From NCBI GenBank assembly GCA_033762255.1, contig JANRLT010000053.1:4803-68802 (forward strand): a stretch of 64,000 bases of DNA. Reading direction: 5' to 3'. The position numbers and the translations under genes are program-made. Of the stretch, positions 55,175 to 64,000 are shown in pieces. How positions within the stretch are numbered: the stretch's first letter is position 1; each line of letters starts with the position of its first letter. The notes under the pieces were generated by a model. The model had not been told where the DNA came from, did not search any database, and saw nothing but the letters and a program-made list of their open reading frames with translations. Source of the DNA: Pirellulales bacterium (GTDB lineage: Bacteria > Planctomycetota > Planctomycetia > Pirellulales > JALHPA01).

Positions 55175-57442
55175 ATGACCTTGGACCAATTATTGATCGC
55201 TGTTCCCGCCTTGCCCCTGTTGGGAGCGCTGATCGTCGTCTTGTTTGGTTGGCGGCTGGGGGAAAAAGCCCACCTGCCGATTGTGGCGGCGTTTGCCCTC
55301 TCCTTTGTTTGCAGTTTGCTGGTCCTGAACGAAGTTCGCCGCGCTTCGCTGGAAATAAAAGCGGGGCAAGTCGGTTATGAGCATGTCGTGACACTCTGGA
55401 CCTGGGCGGATATTCCCGGCGCCTATTGGCGGCCAAACATGCCTCCGGTCTCTTCCCAGCCCGCCCCTCCCGCCGATGTCCCCTTTAAAATTGACGTCAC
55501 GCTACGGGCCGATCCGTTGACGGCGATCATGCTGGCCATGGTGACGTTTATCAGCACGCTGGTGGCCGTTTATGCCAGCGGCTATATGCATGGCGATCCG
55601 GGATACTGGAGGTTTTTTGCCTATATTGGGTTATTTGTGTTCTCCATGACCATGTTGGTCAGCGTGAGTAATTTTGTGTTGTTGTTTGTGTTTTGGGAGG
55701 CGGTGGGCGCTTGTTCTTATTTGCTTATTTGTTTTTGTTACCAAAAACCCGAAGCGGCCGCCGCCGGCAAAAAAGCGTTTCTGGTCAACCGCGTCGGGGA
55801 CTTTGGCTTTGCCATCGCGCTGTTTCTGATTTGGCTGACATACGGCTCGCTGAATTATCACGACAGCGGAGAAATTGCCGGGGTCCTGGGCCAAACGCGC
55901 TTGGCCAACCCCGCCCTGTTTGCCACAGGGGGCGTCGCCGTGGCGATTTGCGCGCTCCTCATGCTGGGGGCTTGCGGCAAAAGCGCGCAGTTTCCGCTGC
56001 ATGTCTGGTTGCCGGACGCAATGGAAGGCCCCACGCCCGTGAGCGCGCTCATCCATGCCGCCACCATGGTCACCGCCGGAGTCTATATGGTGACGCGCTG
56101 TACCCCGCTATTTGTCGCGGCGGGACCGGCCCCTTTGTTCCACGTTGGCGAAGAAGCCTTTACCGCGCAAATGCTGGTCAGTGTGATTGGCGGCTGCACC
56201 GCGCTGTTGGCCGGACTCATTGCCCTGACCCAAACCGACCTCAAACGCGTCCTGGCTTATTCCACCGTCAGCCAGTTGGGCTATATGTTTCTCAGCCTGG
56301 GGACGGGGTCGCTGTTGGGCATCGTGGCGGGGATGTTTCACCTGTTTACCCACGCTTTTTTTAAGGCGCTGTTGTTCCTGGGGGCGGGAAGTGTCATGCA
56401 CGCCATGGGGGGGATCATTGACATGCGGCAGTTCTCTGGCCTGCGGCGACTCATGCCCGTCACCTGCGCCACTTTTGCCATTGGATGCCTGGCCCTGGCG
56501 GGCGTGGTTCCCCTGGCCGGTTTTTGGAGCAAGGATGAAGTCCTGGCGGCGCTGCACGAACGGGCCTACCCCCATGCCGCGCATGAAGCCGCCACACCGC
56601 ATGCCCAGGCGGCTCCCGCGACACATACTCTGGACACACCTCTCGCAACCGCATCCACCACAAAAACGTTTCACCTGGTCAAGCACCGCGCCGCCCAGGA
56701 GGGTACAACCGCCCCTGGCCATTCCTCCCTCACGGCGGGCGACTCAACCTCGCATGGCACACTTGCCCCGCGGTTGTATGGCACGCTCTATTGGGTGGCG
56801 CTTTTTTGTGCGGGACTTACCGCGTTTTACACGTTTCGGGCGTTTTTCATGACGTTTTATGGTCCCGAGGTCATCCCCCCCCAGGCGGGGCATCACGCCC
56901 ATGAATCCCCCCCCGTTATGACGACGCCGCTGTTGGTGTTGGCGCTTTGTTCGATGGTGGTGGGGCTGTTATTTGGCCCCAGCCACGCGTTTTTTGATTT
57001 ACTGCATCGGACCCCCTCGTTGTCGTTTGGGGCCTTTGCCGAGGTTGGCCCCCCCGGCTTTCACTGGGACATTGCCACCTGGAGCACGCTGGTGGCGCTG
57101 GCGGGCATCGGGCTGTCGGCCTATTTGTATCTGGGCGAGCGGTCGGAGGTGGCCGTGATCACCCGCGCGGTCCAGCCGCTGTATGAGCTATCTTATGGCA
57201 AGTTTTTTATCGACCAACTGTACATGGTGTTATTTGTGTTTCCCGCCACGGTGCTGGCGTTTGTCTGTTATGCCATTGACCGATGGATTATCGATGGACT
57301 GGTGAATTTTATCGGGGCGGTGCCGGCTTGGTGCGGTCAACAAATGCGCCTACTGCAAAACGGCATGGTGCAGTTTTATGCCCTGGCAATGGTGCTGGGA
57401 ACGATTGTCCTGATTTGGGGCATGGTGTTTTATGGGGTGTAA
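55175..57442 (+). CDS. nuoL: NADH-quinone oxidoreductase subunit L
   Basis: 755 aa. FFAYIGLFVFSMTMLV, GKSAQFPLHVWLPDAMEGPTPVSALIHAATMVTAGVY and QLGYMF. Confidence 0.93.
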   Translation: MTLDQLLIAVPALPLLGALIVVLFGWRLGEKAHLPIVAAFALSFVCSLLVLNEVRRASLEIKAGQVGYEHVVTLWTWADIPGAYWRPNMPPVSSQPAPPADVPFKIDVTLRADPLTAIMLAMVTFISTLVAVYASGYMHGDPGYWRFFAYIGLFVFSMTMLVSVSNFVLLFVFWEAVGACSYLLICFCYQKPEAAAAGKKAFLVNRVGDFGFAIALFLIWLTYGSLNYHDSGEIAGVLGQTRLANPALFATGGVAVAICALLMLGACGKSAQFPLHVWLPDAMEGPTPVSALIHAATMVTAGVYMVTRCTPLFVAAGPAPLFHVGEEAFTAQMLVSVIGGCTALLAGLIALTQTDLKRVLAYSTVSQLGYMFLSLGTGSLLGIVAGMFHLFTHAFFKALLFLGAGSVMHAMGGIIDMRQFSGLRRLMPVTCATFAIGCLALAGVVPLAGFWSKDEVLAALHERAYPHAAHEAATPHAQAAPATHTLDTPLATASTTKTFHLVKHRAAQEGTTAPGHSSLTAGDSTSHGTLAPRLYGTLYWVALFCAGLTAFYTFRAFFMTFYGPEVIPPQAGHHAHESPPVMTTPLLVLALCSMVVGLLFGPSHAFFDLLHRTPSLSFGAFAEVGPPGFHWDIATWSTLVALAGIGLSAYLYLGERSEVAVITRAVQPLYELSYGKFFIDQLYMVLFVFPATVLAFVCYAIDRWIIDGLVNFIGAVPAWCGQQMRLLQNGMVQFYALAMVLGTIVLIWGMVFYGV

Positions 57443-57529
57443 GGCGGTAACCAGTTCCCTCATTTGAATTTTCCGCATGCGGTGATTCGCGCCAGCATCC
57501 ATTTTCCATAACATTTTGAGTCGTATTTC

Positions 57530-59455
57530 ATGGATAGCACTTCCCTGTTACTGATTTCGCTGGGCTTGCCCATGCTGGGAGCCTTGGCGATTGCCATTTC
57601 CGGCGCCGCCGCGCCCGAATGGGCCAAATGGATCGCGCTCGCCACCGCCCTGGCCACCTTGGGCGTGGCGGGAACCGTTACCTATCACGGCGCTCAAGCC
57701 GCGACACCGGACTTTGCCGTGACGCAGGTGGACTGGTTGGGAACAAATTCCCCCGTAAAAGTGCAATTTCACGTTGGTTTGGATGGCCTGGGCCTGTGGA
57801 TGTACGGCCTCTCCGCGTTATTGACCGTAACCGCGATTCTGGTCAGTTGGACGGCCATCACCGAACGGGTGGCGGGCTTTTACGCCTTGCTCATGCTTTT
57901 GGCAGCGGGAATGTTGGGCGTCTTTGCCGCCCGGGACATTTTTCTGTTTTATGTCTTCTTTGAATTCACCCTGATCCCGCTCTTTTTTCTCATTGGCATC
58001 TGGGGGAGCGAGGAGCGCCGCTACGCCGCGGTAAAATTCTTTTTGTTTACCCTGGCGGGGAGCTTGCTGACGTTTTTGTCGCTCTTGGCCATCGTGTGGT
58101 ATGCGGGACAGTTTACGCCCAACCGCGTGTTGACGTTTTCCATTCCCGAACTGACGGCGATCTTGCGCGAGCATCCCCTGCCGAACAACGCCGAAAACGG
58201 CTACTGGCAAAGCTGGATTTTCCTGGGTTTATTCGCGGGCTTTGCGATCAAGGTGCCGTTGTTTCCGTTGCACACCTGGCTGCCGCTAGCGCATGTGCAG
58301 GCCCCCACGGCCGGCTCGGTGATTTTGGCGGGCGTACTGCTCAAGATCGGCACCTACGGCTTTGTCCGTTTTAGCCTGCCTATGCTACCCCTGGCCACCG
58401 TCCACAGCATGCCCTGGATCCTGGGTCTGTCCTGCGCGGGGATTATTTACGGCGCTTTGGTGGCCCTGGCGCAAAGCGACATCAAGCGCCTAATCGCTTA
58501 TTCCAGCGTGAGCCACCTGGGCTTTTGCATGCTGGGCATTTTTGCCATTAACAAACCCGGTCTGAGTGGCGGAATCTTGCAAATGGTCAACCACGGCCTA
58601 TCAACGGGGGGACTTTTTGCCGTGGTGGGGATGATCTATGAGCGGTATCACACGCGGCAAATCAGCCAACTAGGGGGACTGGCCCGGCGGCTGCCCTGGC
58701 TAACGGTCATGATGATCCTGTTTACCTTTAGCAGTATTGGTCTGCCTGGTCTGAATGGCTTTGTGGGCGAGTTTTTAGTCTTAACGGGGATGTTCCAGCG
58801 GGGCTGGCTGGCCCCGGTTAATTGGGACCCGCTGATGATGTGGATCGCGGTGTTATCCGTCTCCGGCGTGGTGTTGGGGGCCTGGTACATGCTGTATCTG
58901 GTCGAGCGGGTCTTTTTTGGCCCGCTGCATGAACCCCAGTCCCATTCTCCGGGACACGGCCATACCATCCACGACCACGCTGGACAAGAACACGCTGGGC
59001 ACGGCCCGGGTGGACATCAATCGACGGGCCAGCATCACGCCGACCAGCGCCAGGCTAGTCATGGGCACGGATCCCCTGATCACGGACATGCCGGCGCCCA
59101 CGCTGAACACGCGGATGGGCATACCGCGGGGCATGGGCATGATTTGCCGCCCCTTCCCCCTGGCCCGGCGGATTTGAACTGGCGGGAATTTTTTGCCCTT
59201 GCGCCGTTATTGGTGTTTATTGTTTGGATTGGACTATCGCCGCAACAATTTTTGCGGCCAATCGAGCCAATCTGGGACGTGGCTGGCCAGCCAGTCTTGC
59301 AAAGTTTGGAAACTTACAAGCAACAAGCCACCGCCGCCGCACAGCCTATGTCTAATACAACAACTACCCAAGCGGACACAACTACTCCCGGGGAAAAGTC
59401 GAATGTCGACCCGTCCCCACAGGCTTTAGCCCAAATTGCCCCGGTTTCCCCGTGA
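57530..59455 (+). CDS. nuoM: NADH-quinone oxidoreductase subunit M with a His-rich insertion
   Basis: FFEFTLIPLFFLIGIWG, KVPLFPLHTWLPLAHVQAPTAGSVILAGVLLK and RLIAYSSVSHLGF. The insertion is at aa 467-537. Confidence 0.93.
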   Translation: MDSTSLLLISLGLPMLGALAIAISGAAAPEWAKWIALATALATLGVAGTVTYHGAQAATPDFAVTQVDWLGTNSPVKVQFHVGLDGLGLWMYGLSALLTVTAILVSWTAITERVAGFYALLMLLAAGMLGVFAARDIFLFYVFFEFTLIPLFFLIGIWGSEERRYAAVKFFLFTLAGSLLTFLSLLAIVWYAGQFTPNRVLTFSIPELTAILREHPLPNNAENGYWQSWIFLGLFAGFAIKVPLFPLHTWLPLAHVQAPTAGSVILAGVLLKIGTYGFVRFSLPMLPLATVHSMPWILGLSCAGIIYGALVALAQSDIKRLIAYSSVSHLGFCMLGIFAINKPGLSGGILQMVNHGLSTGGLFAVVGMIYERYHTRQISQLGGLARRLPWLTVMMILFTFSSIGLPGLNGFVGEFLVLTGMFQRGWLAPVNWDPLMMWIAVLSVSGVVLGAWYMLYLVERVFFGPLHEPQSHSPGHGHTIHDHAGQEHAGHGPGGHQSTGQHHADQRQASHGHGSPDHGHAGAHAEHADGHTAGHGHDLPPLPPGPADLNWREFFALAPLLVFIVWIGLSPQQFLRPIEPIWDVAGQPVLQSLETYKQQATAAAQPMSNTTTTQADTTTPGEKSNVDPSPQALAQIAPVSP

Positions 59456-59516
59456 TGCCGCCTTTGCCAGTAGCTCTCTATAGCAAATTATCGCCTTTTT
59501 TGACCGCTAAATATCC

Positions 59517-61148
59517 ATGACTTCCGTCGATACTGTATTACTGCTTTTGCCCGAGATCACGCTCATGGCCGCGGCCACGCTGTTCTACCTCCTCGGGGCG
59601 TTTTTGCCGGGAAAAGCCCAACCCACGCTGCTGGCGCTGTTAACGCTGGGCGTGGTCTTTGTCATGCTGGGGATCCAGGATAGCACGCGCGGCCTGGGGC
59701 CGGACTTTACCCCAGCGGCCAATGGCCCCTTGGCGGTTGATTACCTGGGCCACGCCGCGCGGTGGTTGATACTGGTCAGTGGCGCGCTGTTGGTGCTGCT
59801 TACCCGGCGTCCCGATGGCGATGCCCTGCGCGAGGAATTCACCGGCACGCTACTGCTGCTTATCGCGGGGCTAATGTTATGCGCCACGGCGAATGAAATG
59901 GTGCTGATCTTTATCGCGCTGGAACTCATCTCCATTCCCACGTATGTGCTGCTGTACCTGGGCAAACGCGGACCCGCCAGCCAAGAGGCAACCACCAAGT
60001 ACTTTTTTCTCAGTATTTTGTCCTCGATTTTTTTCCTCTATGGGCTGAGCTTTTTGTATGGCGTGGGGGGTTCGACAAACCTGGCCGACCTGGCGGCGCG
60101 GATGGCCGCCACTCCAGGACTGGATTCCTTTGCCGGATTGGGCCTGCTCTTTGTCACCGCCGGGTTGGGATTTCGGCTGACGGCGGTGCCTTTTCATTTT
60201 TATGCCCCGGATGTTTACCAGGGAACCAGCCATGCCAACGCCGGGCTATTGTCCACCATGCCCAAGATCGCGGGAGTGTTGGTCTTGGCCCGGATCGTGG
60301 CGGTCAACCTGCCAAATGTTGAAGTGCTGGGACTGGCGTGGAAAGTGCTGTTGGCGGTCTCGCTGGTGACGATGACCTTGGGCAATATCCTGGCCCTATG
60401 GCAAAACAACTTGCGACGACTATTGGCGTATTCGTCGATCGCGCATGGGGGGTATCTGTTAATTGGCTTGGCGGTGGCTTTGTACCAGGGAGCCGCTTGG
60501 CAAAGCGGCTCAACCAGCGACGGTCCAATTAGCGGCATCGGCGGGGCTTTGTTTTATGTTTTGGTCTATACGTTTGGCACCCTGGGCACCTTTGCCGTGT
60601 TGGCCGCGCTGGGGACGGAGGATCACCCCGTCGAGACCGTGGACGATTTGGCGGGGCTGGGCCAGACCCACCCCCTGGCCGCGCTCGCGCTGGCGATCTT
60701 TATGTTTAGCCTCGCGGGGATTCCCCCTTTGGCCGGTTTTTGGGGGAAATTTACGCTCTTTGCCGGGGCCGTCCAGTCCAGTGGCGTGGCCAGCGCCGAG
60801 GCCGCCGGCACACCGGGTTGGAACACGTGGTTTCTTGTCCTGGCCATTGTGGGCGTGCTGAATGCCGCCATCGCCGCCGCATATTACCTGCGAATCATTG
60901 CCGTGGTCTATTTTCAACCCCACACCCAACGCTGGCCCGCCAACGCCAATCCCGGCCCCGCGCTGGCCGCTGCCATGTGCGCTGGCCTGGTGCTGGTCGG
61001 GGGAATTTTTGCCGGTCCCATGCTAGCCAATACCCAGGCCGCCGGTCAAAATGTCTATCGGGGAGAACGCCCCCAGGTGAATGCCGCCCAAGTACCAACA
61101 GAGGCGTCCCCCGCGGCGCGGATTCCACAGCTAGCAAGGCATGATTGA
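59517..61148 (+). CDS. nuoN: NADH-quinone oxidoreductase subunit N
   Basis: ALELISIPTYVLL, AVPFHFYAPDVYQG and RLLAYSSIAHGGY. Confidence 0.92.
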   Translation: MTSVDTVLLLLPEITLMAAATLFYLLGAFLPGKAQPTLLALLTLGVVFVMLGIQDSTRGLGPDFTPAANGPLAVDYLGHAARWLILVSGALLVLLTRRPDGDALREEFTGTLLLLIAGLMLCATANEMVLIFIALELISIPTYVLLYLGKRGPASQEATTKYFFLSILSSIFFLYGLSFLYGVGGSTNLADLAARMAATPGLDSFAGLGLLFVTAGLGFRLTAVPFHFYAPDVYQGTSHANAGLLSTMPKIAGVLVLARIVAVNLPNVEVLGLAWKVLLAVSLVTMTLGNILALWQNNLRRLLAYSSIAHGGYLLIGLAVALYQGAAWQSGSTSDGPISGIGGALFYVLVYTFGTLGTFAVLAALGTEDHPVETVDDLAGLGQTHPLAALALAIFMFSLAGIPPLAGFWGKFTLFAGAVQSSGVASAEAAGTPGWNTWFLVLAIVGVLNAAIAAAYYLRIIAVVYFQPHTQRWPANANPGPALAAAMCAGLVLVGGIFAGPMLANTQAAGQNVYRGERPQVNAAQVPTEASPAARIPQLARHD

Positions 61149-61209
61149 TCAGGTCCCGCGGACGGGTGGCCGCCAGAGGTGGACCATCATTAAAAAGAGA
61201 GCGTGACTT

Positions 61210-62901
61210 ATGGCCCGGCAGCGATTGCTCGGAGGCGCGCTGGGTAAACTCTTGCACGCTGCTCAGCTTCCCTTGTGCGCGGTGGATGGCCAGTCACGAC
61301 TGATCTATGCCAACCCCGCGCTTTTGACCTGGCTGGATATCCCCGAAGGGGAGCTCCTAGGAGAGACGCATTTCAGCAGTTCCGCGCAGAACCGCGCGGG
61401 ATTCTTGCGGCAGGCCTTGTGCCCCCCTCCCGGCGCGGAGCTTTCCCCCGGTCCGGTGACCGTGCCACTCGTGCTGGAAGTTGCCCTCGAGAGTGTGACC
61501 GCCTCCGTCACTTGGTGGCCGATCCGCCACGGCGCCGGTGAATTGGAATGTTTGCTCGGAATGATTCATCGAGTAAATCAACTAGCGGGGGAAAGCGCCG
61601 GAGTGGTTTCCTGGTCGGACTGGCACGCCCGGCTGGCCTGGCAACGGGGCGCGTTGCGCCTGCATTACCGCCTGCGCGACTTGGTGGGGGAGAGCCCCGC
61701 CATCCGCGTTGCGCGGCAACAGGCCCAGTTGGCCGCCAGTTGCCGCGCGCCCGCGACCATTGTTGGACCAGTGGGTAGTGGCCGGCGCTCCTTGGCCCTG
61801 GCGATCCACGCGGCGGGCCTACCGCCCGAAGACCCCCCCGGCCCGGATTTTCCCGGCGACGCGGGTAGACCGCTGATCACGCTGGATTGTCGGCTGCTCA
61901 ATGCGGAACTGCTGGCCGCGCGGTTAGGTCATTTGCCTCCATACCAGGGGATAAAATCCGGTCCGCCAACAACCACCTTCAAAGGCGATGCCTCTGGAGC
62001 CTGGGGCACGCTGGTATTACTCGGTTTGCAGGATTTGCCAATAGGCCTGGCCGAGGCATCCAGCTTAATGGCCACACTGGAACGCCTGACCCACACGGAT
62101 AGCCCCTGGCGGGTGATGGCGACTGCCACGGTTGGCCCGCTTGAACTCCTGGCCAATCAACGCCTTTCAGCCGAACTGGCCGCGCGGTTGAGTACCTTGG
62201 TGATTCATTTGCCTCCTTTGCGAACCCGACCAGAGGACATTCCTTGGTTGGCGCAACATCTGGTCGAGGTGGAAAATCGCAGCCGCTCGCGGTCTTTGCG
62301 GGGATTGCATGCCGCCGCGTTGGAACGCCTGGTGCTGCATGGTTGGCCGGGTGATATGGCGGAATTGGCCTCCGCGCTTCGCATTGCCGCAAAGTCCGCC
62401 GCCAGCGGTGAAATCACCGTTGCGGATTTACCCCCGTACCTGGTCCAAGCGACAGAACAACTGCGCCACCCGCGGGAACAACTCGCGCCATTTGATCTGC
62501 CGGATTGGCTGGCCCAGGCCGAACGCGACATCCTTCGGCGGGCACTAGCCCAAACCCGCGGCAATAAAACCGCCGCCGCGGAACTAGTGGGGATGAACCG
62601 TCCCCGGTTTTACCGACGACTGGTCGAATTGGGCCTGGTGGAGGAAAACAACGGTCCGACGGGCGATCCCACACCAGATATGCAAATGAGCGGGCAACCG
62701 GGATTTGCTCATCCGATCTCCGTCCCCGAAAGGGGCCTTGCCGATCCCGCGGGGAATGAGTCGGCAGCTTTAAAAGCGGCGGAGGCCACGGCCCGCCGCA
62801 TTGCCCGTCGATCAAAAAAACTGCCGCCACTCCCCCCCTCGACATCCAACGCCGAACCGGAATTCATGGAAGATATTCCATTCATTCCCGAAGATGAATG
62901 A
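61210..62901 (+). CDS. PAS, degenerate sigma-54-interaction (AAA+) and Fis-type HTH regulator
   Basis: PAS-like LCAVDGQSRLIYANPALLTWLDIPEGELLGE. LVGESPAIRVARQQAQLAA...IVGPVGSGRRSLALAIH has the Walker A Lys replaced by Arg. GTLVLLGLQDL stands in place of GGTLFLDEI, and no GAFTGA motif is present. LHGWPGDMAELASAL follows. C-terminal HTH: RGNKTAAAELVGMNRPRFYRRLVELGL. Confidence 0.75.
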   Translation: MARQRLLGGALGKLLHAAQLPLCAVDGQSRLIYANPALLTWLDIPEGELLGETHFSSSAQNRAGFLRQALCPPPGAELSPGPVTVPLVLEVALESVTASVTWWPIRHGAGELECLLGMIHRVNQLAGESAGVVSWSDWHARLAWQRGALRLHYRLRDLVGESPAIRVARQQAQLAASCRAPATIVGPVGSGRRSLALAIHAAGLPPEDPPGPDFPGDAGRPLITLDCRLLNAELLAARLGHLPPYQGIKSGPPTTTFKGDASGAWGTLVLLGLQDLPIGLAEASSLMATLERLTHTDSPWRVMATATVGPLELLANQRLSAELAARLSTLVIHLPPLRTRPEDIPWLAQHLVEVENRSRSRSLRGLHAAALERLVLHGWPGDMAELASALRIAAKSAASGEITVADLPPYLVQATEQLRHPREQLAPFDLPDWLAQAERDILRRALAQTRGNKTAAAELVGMNRPRFYRRLVELGLVEENNGPTGDPTPDMQMSGQPGFAHPISVPERGLADPAGNESAALKAAEATARRIARRSKKLPPLPPSTSNAEPEFMEDIPFIPEDE

Positions 62902-62946
62902 GGAAAAGAGTGTGCAATAGGCGAGGCACTCTGAGATTCGAAATAT

Positions 62947-63003
62947 GAAAAAAGCCCGCCACGCCAGCCGGGGAAGATTATTCCCTGGCTGACGCTGCGG
63001 GCT
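62947..63003 (-). terminator. Rho-independent terminator downstream of glnB
   Basis: On the minus strand, AGCCCGC...GCGGGCT forms an outer stem with inner pairs (CAGCC/GGCTG, GGGAA/TTCCC), immediately followed by TTTTTTC. It sits 18 nt after the glnB stop. Confidence 0.6.
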
Positions 63004-63020
63004 GAGGTGTATGCTGCAGG

Positions 63021-63371
<351 letters not shown>

Positions 63372-63470
63372 TTAAAGAAAAATTCCGGCCCAGGTGCCAG
63401 CGAGTGGGCCTCGCGAACACCGCGAGTGGGATACCTAACTGATTCCCTGCCGTTTTACAATTACTTAGAA

Positions 63471-63486
63471 TGCACAGATGGTGCCA
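63471..63486 (-). promoter_or_regulatory. Sigma-54-type promoter candidate upstream of glnB
   Basis: The minus strand reads TGGCACcatctGTGCA. GG/GC spacing is exactly as in the consensus TGGCAC-N5-TTGCW, with 4/5 match in the -12 element. It lies about 112 nt upstream of the glnB ATG. Confidence 0.45.
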
Positions 63487-64000
63487 AAGCGTAAAGCACG
63501 CCGAAAATGCGATTAAGCACTTATTGCAAGCCATTGACCTATATGGACTTAAGCCATTGAAAATATTTTTGCAATGCTTTTCTATTGCGCCTAGCCACCC
63601 CTCGTACCGCGAAGGAAACGCGCTATCGCTGTTAAATTTTTTAACAACCCAGCGATGCTAAGTACCGTCCCGCTAACAGTTTAGCAGCTTGTCCCACAGG
63701 CGAAACCTTTGTCACGCGGCTGTGACAAAAAGTTTGGAGGCGTAAGGGATTCCTTTACCGAGATTCGCCGCTTGGCTGTCGGTGGAATCTGGCAGAAAGG
63801 GGACTCGGCGAATGGCTGCGGTTCGAAATGTGTAAACCAGCAAAGCTGTAACGGCCAATTTATGGTAAGAGGAGCGAAATCGTGGCCACCCTCGCCTCCT
63901 GGGTCCGGGCTAAATCCCGCGCGACGACACGCTAAATTATGTTAATCTTCTAAAAAACTCAAACTGGCGATGATCATCATCGCCGGCCAGACGATCATTC

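Noticed and set aside
63970-64000. Possible gene start (ATGATCATCATCGCCGGCCAG...) at the right edge
   Set aside because: Only about 10 codons are visible, so the call cannot be supported.

Overview
This is a 64-kb, moderately GC-rich chromosomal window. It looks Planctomycetota-like: an ECF sigma factor paired with a Ser/Thr kinase, PEP-CTERM proteins, Pro-rich linkers, and dense palindromic intergenic repeats. That placement is an inference, since no search could be run. All gene calls come from reading the translations and recalling family motifs.

The backbone is housekeeping. It includes a POT peptide transporter (partial), an EEP nuclease, MoaB, a HemN-like radical SAM enzyme, PpdK, a DinG-like helicase, an isolated tRNA-Ala(UGC), two Ser/Thr kinases, an M20 peptidase/phosphoesterase/aminotransferase operon, a complete 14-gene nuoA-N operon, a degenerate sigma-54-type regulator and GlnB.

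The observations most worth a second look are:
1. The nuo operon carries four unrelated small accessory cassettes in four different intergenic spacers. One is a four-helix-bundle (23S rRNA IVS-protein family) gene bracketed by inverted repeats.
2. An accessory island at about 10.0-13.3 kb holds a pre-toxin-TG toxin plus a putative immunity gene, an integrase remnant and repeat arrays.
3. Two tandem AT-rich PEP-CTERM paralogues have near-identical ends and diverged cores.
4. At least ten families of short palindromic or mosaic intergenic repeats are present.
5. A ParE-like toxin is interrupted by one in-frame TAA, next to an intact antitoxin.
6. There are two candidate small or structured RNAs.
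7. NuoM contains a His-rich loop.

No CRISPR array, rRNA, intact IS element or prophage was seen.
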